Numbered from the stretch's first letter, positions 9,491-18,242 are shown. The stretch: DNA of 64,000 bases from Desulfarculaceae bacterium (GCA_037443445.1 JBBIOJ010000007.1:5383-69382), one strand, 5' to 3'. Notes: generated by a model from the sequence alone, not told the origin. A program made the numbers and translations.

Positions 9491-9525
9491 TGAATTAGAA
9501 AGCACACGGTCAAGACGCCAGGTCA

Positions 9526-9966
9526 TTGACCAGCCGGGGAAGGGGGTTGATACCCATGAAGAACCACCTTGGTAAGATAGGTCTGGCAGGGGCGATTTTT
9601 GCCGCGCTGTGCTGTATCGGAACCCCGGCGCTGCTCACGATCCTAACATCCATCGGGGCAGGATTCCTGATCAACGATTCGGTCTTGCTGCCTTTGCTGG
9701 TGTTTTTCCTGACGCTCAACATCATTGGATTGCGCCTAACTTATAGAATCCATAGAAACCTCTGGCCCATGATACTTGGGGGACTGGCCTCGGCTGCCAT
9801 TGTGGTATTCATTTACGGCTGGTTCTTCAGGCCCGGCCTTTACCTGGGCCTGGGGGCCCTGGTAGCCAATTCGGTTTGGAACGCGGTTATGAAGAAGGGC
9901 TGCGAAACCAAGAGACCGCATCAAGTCCCGGGGCTTTTCCAGAGTTGTGAACGGGGGTCGCGATGA
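9526..9966 (+). CDS. merT: MerT-like mercuric/heavy-metal ion transport membrane protein
   Basis: Vicinal Cys pair in TM1 (AALCCIGTPALL), matching the MerT CC motif. A second TM segment follows, then a cytoplasmic Cys pair (GCETKRP...SC). The track start is TTG at 9526; an internal ATG at 9556 (MKNHLGKIGL) is more likely the real start. Confidence 0.55.
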   Translation: MTSRGRGLIPMKNHLGKIGLAGAIFAALCCIGTPALLTILTSIGAGFLINDSVLLPLLVFFLTLNIIGLRLTYRIHRNLWPMILGGLASAAIVVFIYGWFFRPGLYLGLGALVANSVWNAVMKKGCETKRPHQVPGLFQSCERGSR

Positions 9967-10154
9967 AGGAAACCATCACCGTGGAAGGCAATAGGCATTA
10001 TGAATGTGGCGTGTGTGGCTTCGCGTACGAGGAGAAGGAGTGGGCCGAGAAATGCGAGGCGTGGTGCTCGGCTCACGGAAGCTGCAACATGGACATTACT
10101 GAGCATGCAGTGCAGAGGAAGGTTCAGCATTCCCCACAGGAGGAACGATCCTGA
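9963..10154 (+). CDS. Small cysteine-rich protein (5 Cys in 63 aa; CGVCG ... C-x3-C-x5-C), candidate metal-binding protein
   Basis: Its start overlaps the merT-like stop (ATGA), indicating translational coupling within the mer-like operon. No recognisable family. Confidence 0.4.
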   Translation: MKETITVEGNRHYECGVCGFAYEEKEWAEKCEAWCSAHGSCNMDITEHAVQRKVQHSPQEERS

Positions 10155-10300
10155 CCAAAGGAAAATCCTCGGGCCAAAGCCTCGGTCGGTGCGCTTCACC
10201 GTGTGGGTGAACCGGGTGGTGAGCCGTCCCAAAGGAAGCTGAAAGGAGGGCTTGACTCTGCACTGTGCTCCAGGGTTTAAACTGCAAACAGAGGTGAGAC

Positions 10301-10714
10301 ATGGAGGGTCTGAGCATAGGCCAGCTGGCCAGGAAGTCCGGGGTGAATGTGGAGACCATACGCTACTACGAGAGACGGGGACTACTTCCGGCGCCGCCCC
10401 GTGGACGCTCCGGTTACCGGCATTACTCTCCGAGAGACATCCAAAGGGTACGGTTCATCAAGCGGGCTCAGAGGCTCGGATTCACACTGAAGGAGGTATC
10501 AGAGCTCTTGCAGCTGAAGGTGGATCCCCAGACCACTTGTGCTGATGTCAGAAGACGGGCTGAGATCAAGATGGCGGAAATAGACCAAAGGATTCTGGAG
10601 CTTCACGCAATGAGGCAAGCCCTTTCGAAGCTGGCAACCTCATGCCCAGGATCCGGTCCGAGTGCCGAGTGCCCGATACTGGATGTCTTGGACTCAAACG
10701 AGGAAAGGAGGTGA
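10301..10714 (+). CDS. merR: MerR-family Hg(II)-responsive transcriptional regulator
   Basis: N-terminal MerR HTH (IGQLARKSGVNVETIRYYERRGLL). Cysteines at positions 80, 115 and 124 are spaced exactly as the Hg-binding Cys82/Cys117/Cys126 of Tn501 MerR. Confidence 0.8.
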   Translation: MEGLSIGQLARKSGVNVETIRYYERRGLLPAPPRGRSGYRHYSPRDIQRVRFIKRAQRLGFTLKEVSELLQLKVDPQTTCADVRRRAEIKMAEIDQRILELHAMRQALSKLATSCPGSGPSAECPILDVLDSNEERR

Positions 10715-10719
10715 GAAAG

Positions 10720-10998
10720 ATGAATGCCAAGAGGAGGATAGAGATCTTCAGTGCAGGATGCCCCGTATGCAAGGAGGCGGTCGAGATGGTCAATGGAGCC
10801 GCCTGTCCTTCCTGCGAGGTGAGCGTGCTGGATATGCACGACTCCCAGGTCGCCAAGCGCGCGAAGGATTTGGGCATCTGTTCCGTTCCCGCGGTCCTGG
10901 TTGACGGGAAGCTAGCCGAGTGCTGCGCGGGACGCGGCCCTGATGAAGGGGCCCTCAGGGCAGCCGGGTTGGGAAGACCGATCCAGGAACACTTTTAG
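10720..10998 (+). CDS. Thioredoxin/glutaredoxin-like small redox protein with CPVC and a vicinal CC pair
   Basis: ATG at 10720 preceded by GGAGGTG. The 92-aa product carries CPVCKEA, CPSCEV and ECCAG. The track ORF 10642..10998 is the same frame with a spurious N-terminal extension. Confidence 0.5.
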   Translation: MNAKRRIEIFSAGCPVCKEAVEMVNGAACPSCEVSVLDMHDSQVAKRAKDLGICSVPAVLVDGKLAECCAGRGPDEGALRAAGLGRPIQEHF

Positions 10999-11168
10999 CA
11001 GAGGTCTAACTCTAGCGACAAGGCTCCGGGCAGGATCATCCCGCCAAGGGCCTTGTCGAGAAAGAGTCTTGGGAGCAAATGCACATTCAGCACCCGCGGA
11101 GCCGGACGGGAACATACAGTGCTTCCCGGTTCCTGCGAACTGCGGGCCATCATGGTGGCCCCGCGCCG

Positions 11169-11666
11169 TCAGCCCTTCTTCCTGCTCTTGTAGAACTTGA
11201 CCAGGCCCAGCACGTCGCGAGCCACCAGACGACCCACGGGCCCCGTGCTGTAACAGGCCACCTCCACCGTGCCCTCAGGTCGAATGAGAAAGCCGGTGGC
11301 ATGAATGATCTTGCGCTCCCTGTCATAGTAGGCCCCTGTGACCCTGGAGACCTCCTCAGCATCCATACCGTATGCCACGGGAAAGGTAATGCCCAGCCTC
11401 TCGACGGTCTGCTTGGCCTTCTCCAAAGGATCCACCGATGCGGCCACAATAGAGATCTGCTCAGCCTCGAGCTCCCCACCGAGGGCTTGGAAGTCAGCCA
11501 ACTGCTGACTGCAGAAAGGTCACCAGTGACCGCGGTAAAGGAGCACTACACCGTAGCCCGGCCCCAAATCTCGGGGCAGGACAAGCTCTGCACCCTCGAC
11601 AGTGCGCAGGCGAAGTTCGGGGAACCGGTCGTTTGCATCAAGAATTGTCTTGTTCATCCTGGCCAT
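11169..11666 (-). CDS. Peroxiredoxin-like redoxin (AhpC/TSA / PRX-like1 type) selenoprotein: in-frame TGA (11520-11522) at the peroxidatic Cys position, giving the motif W-U-P-F-C
   Basis: Track ORFs 11520..11771 and 11169..11501 share one frame and are separated only by TGA. Joined they read LLYRGHW-U-PFCSQQL, a canonical FYRGxWCPxC redoxin motif with U in place of C. The hairpin AGUCAGC-AGUUG-GCUGACU begins 9 nt after the UGA. Start is MARMNKTIL, preceded by GGGAGG. Confidence 0.6.
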
Positions 11667-11767
11667 CTCGACCTCCCAATGATATCCCATGAATCTTGTG
11701 GGTAGAACCCTTTTCCGAAGAGCTCCTTGGGCACGCCTGGGAAGGCTTCGAGGTGAGCCCAAGGTCC

Positions 11768-12448
11768 TCAAACCTGGATCCGGTACATCTGGTGATTCAG
11801 GCAGAACTCCCTTTGACCTTTGCGGTAATCCTCGAAGGCGGCCCTTACAATGGAAAACGCCTCAGAGCAGTCCTTGGCCAGGAATATCAGCTTCACATCT
11901 TCCTCATCCAGCAACCCGTCTCGAATGGGCCGATTCCTGATCCAGTCTACCAACTCTGCCCACATCTCTCCCAATAGGATCAACGGAATATGACACACAT
12001 GCCTTACCTGCATCAACTGCCAAGTGTAAAAGAACTCCAGAAGGGTTCCAATACCACCTGGAGCGATGACCGCCGCGTTGCTCAGCACCATGAAGTGATC
12101 AAGCCTTTCTGAGAAACGGGAGAAGTCTTTTTTCAAGTCCAGATGAAAGGCGTCCTTCTGTTCCTTAGGAAGACGGATGTTCAACCCAATGGAGTGAAGA
12201 GGCGCAGGGCCCCTTCCCGCGTGGTGTCCTTTGCTGGCCGCGTCCATCAGGCCGGGGCCCCCACCCGTCACAATGTCCATCCCCTCCGCGGCCAGAAGTC
12301 GCGAGAGGTTGTACACCATCCGGTATACCGGGTCACCCTCTTTGAGGCGCGCGGATCCAAAAATGGCGACTCTGAAGTGAGACCGTGCAATTTCATTTTC
12401 GATCTCCGCGGATACACCGGGTGCCCCTTTTTGATCTTGCCCGCTCAT
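11768..12448 (-). CDS. LOG family protein (cytokinin riboside 5'-monophosphate phosphoribohydrolase-like; TIGR00730)
   Basis: Motifs GGGPGLMDA and PGGIGTLLE. The ATG at 12446-12448 is preceded by AAGGAGGG. The track start at 12487 is an upstream TTG in the same frame. Confidence 0.7.
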   Translation of the reverse strand: MSGQDQKGAPGVSAEIENEIARSHFRVAIFGSARLKEGDPVYRMVYNLSRLLAAEGMDIVTGGGPGLMDAASKGHHAGRGPAPLHSIGLNIRLPKEQKDAFHLDLKKDFSRFSERLDHFMVLSNAAVIAPGGIGTLLEFFYTWQLMQVRHVCHIPLILLGEMWAELVDWIRNRPIRDGLLDEEDVKLIFLAKDCSEAFSIVRAAFEDYRKGQREFCLNHQMYRIQV

Positions 12449-12490
12449 GCTGCCCTCCTTGCCCTTGCCCCATGGGCGCGATTCCAAAGC

Positions 12491-13399
12491 TCATGGAGCT
12501 GTGAAGACCTCAGTGTCCGGGTGAAATGCCTGCCACGCAAACCAGTAGCTGTAGATGACCGGAATCTCCCCGCCACGATCATCGAAGATCCTTAGGAGCT
12601 CTCCCCCAGGGGAGATCTCGATCTGCACCTCCACTCCCCCGACTTCATCACGAAGCACTCCCGCCTTCTTTCTCAGGAGGGAGATCGGATAGGCCCTGGT
12701 GTGACCTTGGATCTCCAGGCCCAGGACCATCTCCTTGGGAGAAAGGTCGGTCCTCACGTCCCCGACGAGAAACCAGATCCCAAGACCCCTGTAATAGCCC
12801 TCGTAAGGGTCCACGGAGTAATCCCTTCGGTGGCCCGTATCCGTGGAGAGCACGAGCGTCTGGGGCTTCTTTTTCAGCCACGTCCTCCAGGTCGTTCTGA
12901 GCGAGGGAATCCTCCGCAAGGACTTGCCGGCGAGGGGGCCGGCAATGGCCTTCTCCATCATCTGGGACCAGAGGCTTTCGTTCTGGTGGTCGTAAAGAAG
13001 CACGTTGCTCTTGTAAAGCAATCCTGACACCCCGAATGTATGTGTCACGCCCTCCAAAGCCCGGGAGTAGACCACCCCCGATTGTGTGAGCGGTCAGAAG
13101 GTCACGACCACCGGAGCGCCGCCCACGGTGTCGTTGACGACCTCGTGCCAGTTGAGGATCTTGATGGGGTAAGCCTTTGCTTCCTCTCCCACCGCTACCC
13201 CTATGACCGTATCGTCGGGCTTGAGAAATAGTGCTTCCTGTGGACTTACGAACTTGGGTTCCAGAATCGCCGGGATCCCGTCCTTGGGAGGTCCTCCAGA
13301 GAGAATCTCCCCCTTCGGAACGATGGCGTTATCCAGCCGGAAGCCCGTGACCGCAACCCACAACCCAAAAGCGGTCAGGAATTGACCGATTCTCTTCAT
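12491..13399 (-). CDS. DUF3179 family secreted protein with an in-frame TGA at 13094-13096 (candidate selenoprotein; alternatively a nonsense pseudogene)
   Basis: Track ORFs 13094..13399 (signal peptide plus N-terminal half ...GGAPVVVTF) and 12491..13075 (C-terminal half, ...YWFAWQAFHP) are in the same frame and separated by a single TGA. The junction reads VVVTF-U-PLTQSG. The hairpin CGGGGGU-GGUCU-ACUCCCG begins 13 nt after the TGA. Confidence 0.45.
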
Positions 13400-13604
13400 G
13401 GCTTCTGCCCTGCGGATCCCTTCTCTTTAGTCCGACCAAGTCCGAAGATCTTACGCCAGTGGCAAAAGACATCATCACCTTGAGCGTTACACTCGATCCG
13501 CTGGAGGAAGGCTCCCGGCAATTCTCCCCTTGACTTACCCTTTTCTTTGTATATTGATGTATATCATCATTTAGCAAAGTAAAGAAGATAGGGGGAGGTA
13601 TCCC

Positions 13605-14822
13605 ATGGCCCTACTGGAGACGTTTCCCGAGCCCATGCGCTCGCACCTTGCCAAGCTGCCATGTCCCTCTTTCGAGACACATCCCTGGGTCCAGGGGCCG
13701 GCTCTTTCCAAGCGCCGTGTGGCCCTGATTTCCACAGCCGGCCTCCACAGGCGCAAGAACCGGCCCTTCGAGGGGATGACCGGAGAGTATCGTGTGATAC
13801 CGAAAGAGTGCGAAGCCAACGACCTGATCATGACGCATGTATCAACCAACTTCGACAGGACAGGGTTTCAACAGGACTGGAACGTGGTGTTTCCTCTGGA
13901 CCGACTCAGGGAACTGGCCGAGGAAGGTATCATCGGGAGCGTGGCCGATTATCATTACTCCTTCATGGGAGCTGCGGATCCTTGGGAAATGGAGCCGTGG
14001 GCCCGAAACCTGGCTGGAGTGCTCAAGGGTGGCCGGGTGGATGCTGCTCTGCTTGTCCCGGTCTGACCCTTCTGCACGCGCGCCGTGGGCGCGCTGGCCC
14101 ATTACCTTGAGGCAGAAGGGATTCCCACCACACAGATCAGCCTCATCAGAGAGCACACAGAGATCATCCGCCCTCCCAGGGCTCTCTGGGTTCCCTTCGA
14201 GTTGGGACGGCCTCTGGGCATTCCAGGCGACGCTGCTTTCCAAGGGCGGGTGCTGCGGGCGGCGCTTGAACTTCTGGAGTCGCAGGAAGGGCCCGTGCTG
14301 GAGGACTTCCCAGAAGATGCTCCCCAAGGGAAAGCCGGCCTTGAGGAAACCGCCCAGGCATGGGCGTGTCCGGTCAGTTTCTCAGCCGCGCCCGAAAAAG
14401 CAGGGGATGAAGGGGAACTCCTGCCCGCACTGCGGCGAGAGATCATGGAGCTGCGGCCCTGGTACGATCTCAGCCTGGAGCGCAGGAAGCGCACCTCGGT
14501 GGCATATTTCCCTCCCGAGGCTGCTTCCCAGTTCTTCGGTTCCGTCTTGCTGGGGGAAGCTCATCATATCCCTGAGAACTTGGCATCACCCGCAGTGGCC
14601 CTCAGGCTCGCAGCCCAGGATCTGAAGGCATTCTATTTCGAGTCCGTGACCGCTCGGCCGGGCTTCGCCACCCCGGGAGCCTCGGAGTTCAACAGGTGGT
14701 TCTGGCAGCAGACTGCTGCAGGCCGCCTCCTGAAGTCGGTGAGGAGGATCTGCGCAGACTCCCAGGATCAGGAGATGAGAGACGCCGCAGTGCGGTTCTT
14801 GATCCCGCTGGACCAGGCTTAG
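13605..14822 (+). CDS. Glycine/sarcosine/betaine/D-proline reductase component B family (GrdB/PrdB-like, PF07355) selenoprotein, with in-frame TGA at 14064-14066 (motif VPV-U-PFC)
   Basis: Track ORFs 13605..14066 and 14085..14822 are in one frame, separated by TGA. The sequence across the junction is continuous and family-like (LLVPV-U-PFCTRAVGALAHYLEAEGIPT). A 7-bp GC hairpin (GCGCGCC-GUG-GGCGCGC) begins exactly 11 nt after the UGA. RBS GGGGGAGG precedes the ATG. Assignment to PF07355 is from recalled motifs, not a search. Confidence 0.5.
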
Positions 14823-14865
14823 GGCCTGAGACCGGCTCATTTCGGTCCTGGATCGAGAGGATGAA

Positions 14866-15594
14866 GTGGAAAGATTGTTGAACGTGAGAGAGACCGCTGA
14901 GTTCCTGAATGTCTCGGAGATGACGGTGCGCAGGTGGACCAATGCGGGCTTGTTGCGCTGCTACCGCATCGGGCCCAAGCGAGAAAGGCGTTTCAAGCTC
15001 CGGGAATTGGAGGAATACCTTGCCGGCGCGGCCGCGTGGCAGAAGGTGTGTACCGTGCCACTGGGTCTCGCAGACTCGGAAGTCCCTGACGGAGCGCATC
15101 TGAGCCATCTTTATCATGATGGCCAGGAGGCTCTTGGTGTGGGCGTCCCGTATGTAATGGAGGGTCTTCGAGGCGGGGAAACCGTGCTGGTGGTGGCACA
15201 TGAGGCGGGTACCAGGGCCCTCCTGGAAGCCCTGGAGGGACAAGGTTTGGACATCCAGGCCCTGAGGGACAGGGGTAAGTTGCACCTGAGTGGCGGAATG
15301 CCAACTCCAGAGGAACAAGCAGCATACATAGCATCGGTGGCTTCATCCTCCACCGGCCGCTTCAGGTTGCTGGGGGACATGAATTGGGCCAAGGACAGGA
15401 GATGGAGCGCTGAGAACCTAAGAGGCCTTGAAGACATGACCAATAGAGGCACGTCTTGTCCTGGGAGGCTCATCCTTTGTCAATATTCCCTTGCGATATG
15501 CTCAGGACAAGAGGCCATGATGGTGATGGAAACTCACAATTACGCCATTTACAAAGGAAGAGTCCAGGAGAGCCCGTACTTTGGCTGCACCTGA
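14866..15594 (+). CDS. Transcriptional regulator: N-terminal excisionase/MerR-like HTH plus a C-terminal MEDS-like (DcmR-type) sensory domain
   Basis: HTH sequence LNVRETAEFLNVSEMTVRRWTNAGLL. The C-terminal roughly 170 aa resemble a MEDS domain (assignment is weak). Confidence 0.45.
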   Translation: MERLLNVRETAEFLNVSEMTVRRWTNAGLLRCYRIGPKRERRFKLRELEEYLAGAAAWQKVCTVPLGLADSEVPDGAHLSHLYHDGQEALGVGVPYVMEGLRGGETVLVVAHEAGTRALLEALEGQGLDIQALRDRGKLHLSGGMPTPEEQAAYIASVASSSTGRFRLLGDMNWAKDRRWSAENLRGLEDMTNRGTSCPGRLILCQYSLAICSGQEAMMVMETHNYAIYKGRVQESPYFGCT

Positions 15595-15891
15595 CTGGCG
15601 GGTTGACCCCCAAGGGCACTTACATCCATGAGGAACCTCTCCAATGACATGTAAGCCTCCCCCTCTTCCGGATATTAGGTGGCGACCCCGGCACAGGAGC
15701 AGGATGCCACATCCAGGCCTATGAGTGAGGCGATGCTCCGGTCCTTTTTCCCGTGAGAAAACACAAGCTCTTGGGAAGCGCGGCAGAATTGCCTTGTCCG
15801 CCCAGGTTTTCTTATCCTGTCTCAGGGGCAGAGGCCGGTTGTATACTTTGTACAAAGGACTTGGAACAAGAACCCCTTTGTCCGGGATTCA

Positions 15892-17745
15892 TTGCTTCAA
15901 GGGAGCATCCGAGGCAGAAAAGTGAACCCCCACAAGGAAAGACTAAGTGAGTTTCCAAGGTCCCCGGGAGTGTACCTCATGAGAGATGCCCGGGGCCAGG
16001 TGATCTACGTGGGCAAAGCCAAGGATCTGAGGGCCAGGCTGGGCTCCTACTTCAGGGGGAAAGGTGACCAGCGTCCGCTGGTGCGTTATCTGCTCAAGGA
16101 CCTGGAGAAAGTGGAGATAATGGTCACGGGCACAGAAAAGGAGGCCCTGATCCTGGAGAACAACCTCATAAAGAAACACAGGCCCAAATACAATGTGAGG
16201 TTCAGGGACGACAAGGACTACCTCCACATAAGGATCGACACCAGCCACCCCTTCCCCAGGCTGAGTGTGGCCAGAAGACCCCCCAGGGACGGTGCCCTTT
16301 ATTTCGGCCCCTACGCCTCGGCCCATGCGGCAAGGCAGACCATGAGGCTCCTTCAGCGACACATGGGACTTCGCACCTGCAAGGACACCCAGCTCAAGCA
16401 GAGCAAGAGGACATGCCTCAACCAGCAGATGGGCCGCTGTGCAGGGGTGTGCCGGGGCTCGGTGAGCCAGGAGGAGTACTCCCTCAGAGTCCAGGAGGCT
16501 GTGATGTTTCTCCAGGGCCGCTCCAGGGAGCTCATCAGGCAACTTGAGGGGAGGATGAAACTGGCCTCCCAGGAGCTGAGATTCGAGGAGGCGGCCCGTC
16601 TCAGGGATCAGATAAGGGAGCTGGAGCGGACCATAGAGGCCCAAAGGGTGGATACGCCCTTGGGGAGAGACCAGGATGTGGTGGGGTTGCACAGGGTGGG
16701 CATGGAGGGGAACCTGGTCCTTTTGAGAATAAAAGGGGGCAAGCTTTGGGAAAGGCACAGTTTCCCCATCTCGCCCACTCCTCTGGAAGACCCGGAGGTG
16801 ATCTGCTCTTTCCTTCAACAGTTCTACGGGGCAGGTCGCGTGCCTCCGGCCAGGATTCTGGTGCCCATCCCTTTGAGGGAACATTTTGGCATCCTGGAGG
16901 AGTGGCTGGGGGAGCTTGCGGGCTCCAAGGTCAGGATCCGGGTTCCTGCCAGGGGAGAGGGAAGAGGGCTTTTGGAAATGGCCCAGGAAAATGCCAGGCT
17001 GCTTCCAAAGCAGAGCAACGCCTGGGAGGAAACAGCCAGGGAGCTGGCCGGAAGGTTGGGGCTCAGGAGACCTCCCAGGATCATAGAGGCCTTTGACATC
17101 TCCAATTTGGGAGGGCAGGATTCGGTTGGATCTGCTGTGCGTTTTGTGGAAGGGGTCCCGGAGCCTTCCATGTACAGGAGCTATTCGGTGAGGAGGTCCT
17201 CCCAACCAGATGATTATGCCATGATGTACGAAGTGCTCCGCAGACATCTGCTTAGGAAGAAAGAAGAGGGCTCCCTCCCGGATCTGCTCCTGGTGGATGG
17301 CGGCAAGGGGCAGCTCCAGGTGGCCCTGCGGGTCTTGGAAGACCTGGGCATGGGGGAACCGGAGGTGGTGGCCCTGGCCAAGGCCAGGGCAGGGGAGAGG
17401 AAGGCCGAAGCCGTGCCCGACAGAATCTTTGTGCCCCTCCGCAAGGATCCCATTCCCATAGGCATTGGGGCGGCCCCCCTGAGGGTGCTCCAGCAACTGC
17501 GGGACGAGGCCCATCGCATGGCCTTGTCCAGGCACAGAAAGCGAAGAAATCTTAGACACCTGAGTTCCCCTTTGGAGGAGATCCCCGGGGTGGGACCTGC
17601 CAGGAGGAAAGCGCTTCTGAGACACCTGGGAAGCCTGAAAAGGATCCTGGAGGCAACCGAGGAGGAGCTGGCCCGGGTGCCTGGCATCTCCAGGAAAATG
17701 GCCGGGCGGATCCGTGGGGCCTTGCAAGGCCGCAAGGGTCTCTAG
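15892..17745 (+). CDS. uvrC: Excinuclease ABC subunit C (UvrC)
   Basis: GIY-YIG N-terminal nuclease (GVYLMRDARGQVIYVGKAKDLRARL), a UvrBC-interaction region, and C-terminal RNase H-like and HhH domains. 617 aa. Confidence 0.9.
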   Translation: MLQGSIRGRKVNPHKERLSEFPRSPGVYLMRDARGQVIYVGKAKDLRARLGSYFRGKGDQRPLVRYLLKDLEKVEIMVTGTEKEALILENNLIKKHRPKYNVRFRDDKDYLHIRIDTSHPFPRLSVARRPPRDGALYFGPYASAHAARQTMRLLQRHMGLRTCKDTQLKQSKRTCLNQQMGRCAGVCRGSVSQEEYSLRVQEAVMFLQGRSRELIRQLEGRMKLASQELRFEEAARLRDQIRELERTIEAQRVDTPLGRDQDVVGLHRVGMEGNLVLLRIKGGKLWERHSFPISPTPLEDPEVICSFLQQFYGAGRVPPARILVPIPLREHFGILEEWLGELAGSKVRIRVPARGEGRGLLEMAQENARLLPKQSNAWEETARELAGRLGLRRPPRIIEAFDISNLGGQDSVGSAVRFVEGVPEPSMYRSYSVRRSSQPDDYAMMYEVLRRHLLRKKEEGSLPDLLLVDGGKGQLQVALRVLEDLGMGEPEVVALAKARAGERKAEAVPDRIFVPLRKDPIPIGIGAAPLRVLQQLRDEAHRMALSRHRKRRNLRHLSSPLEEIPGVGPARRKALLRHLGSLKRILEATEEELARVPGISRKMAGRIRGALQGRKGL

Positions 17746-17782
17746 GAAGAGGGTTCCCCGTGGTGGAGGGGAAAGCCGCGGC

Positions 17783-18154
17783 TCAAAGCTTTATAGCCGG
17801 CGGAATGGGGTATTGCTCTGCCACCCGGTCGTGGTTTCGGATGCCCAGGGCCTCCCTGTGTATGATGAGCCACCGGAACTGTTCCAGGGCCTCCTGCCTG
17901 AGGGAATTGTAAGAGCTCACCTCCTGCTCCAGTTGGGCCCGGAGGGGGATCAAGTTCCCTGCCTGCAGCTCCCTGGCCAGGCTCTCTTTGATTTCCTCTA
18001 TGCGAGAGAAGCACTCCTGGAGCCTGATCAGGGCTCTTTCAACCCTCTCTCCCGAGTTCCCCAGAGCCTCGGCCATCTCCTGGAGGATTTCTGCATCCAG
18101 GCCGGGCTGGTCCCAAAGCCCTCTCTTGATGCGAACTCCATCCCCAGGATTCAA
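17783..18154 (-). CDS. Hypothetical protein (123 aa, acidic and helical)
   Basis: The ORF has non-shadow composition and no recognisable family. Confidence 0.3.
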   Translation of the reverse strand: MNPGDGVRIKRGLWDQPGLDAEILQEMAEALGNSGERVERALIRLQECFSRIEEIKESLARELQAGNLIPLRAQLEQEVSSYNSLRQEALEQFRWLIIHREALGIRNHDRVAEQYPIPPAIKL

Positions 18155-18242
18155 GGTTCCGTCCTCTCCAAAGCCTTCACAGACCCTTTCCAGGACCGGC
18201 CAGGGGCAAGCTCCTTGAGGTTCCAGGAAGCCCAGGGCCCTC

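Noticed and set aside
12485-12493. The DUF3179 terminal TGA is in-frame with the LOG-family ORF
   Set aside because: DUF3179 reaches its natural C-terminus. LOG has its own strong RBS and ATG 40 nt further on. The in-frame relationship comes from the track extending LOG to an upstream TTG.
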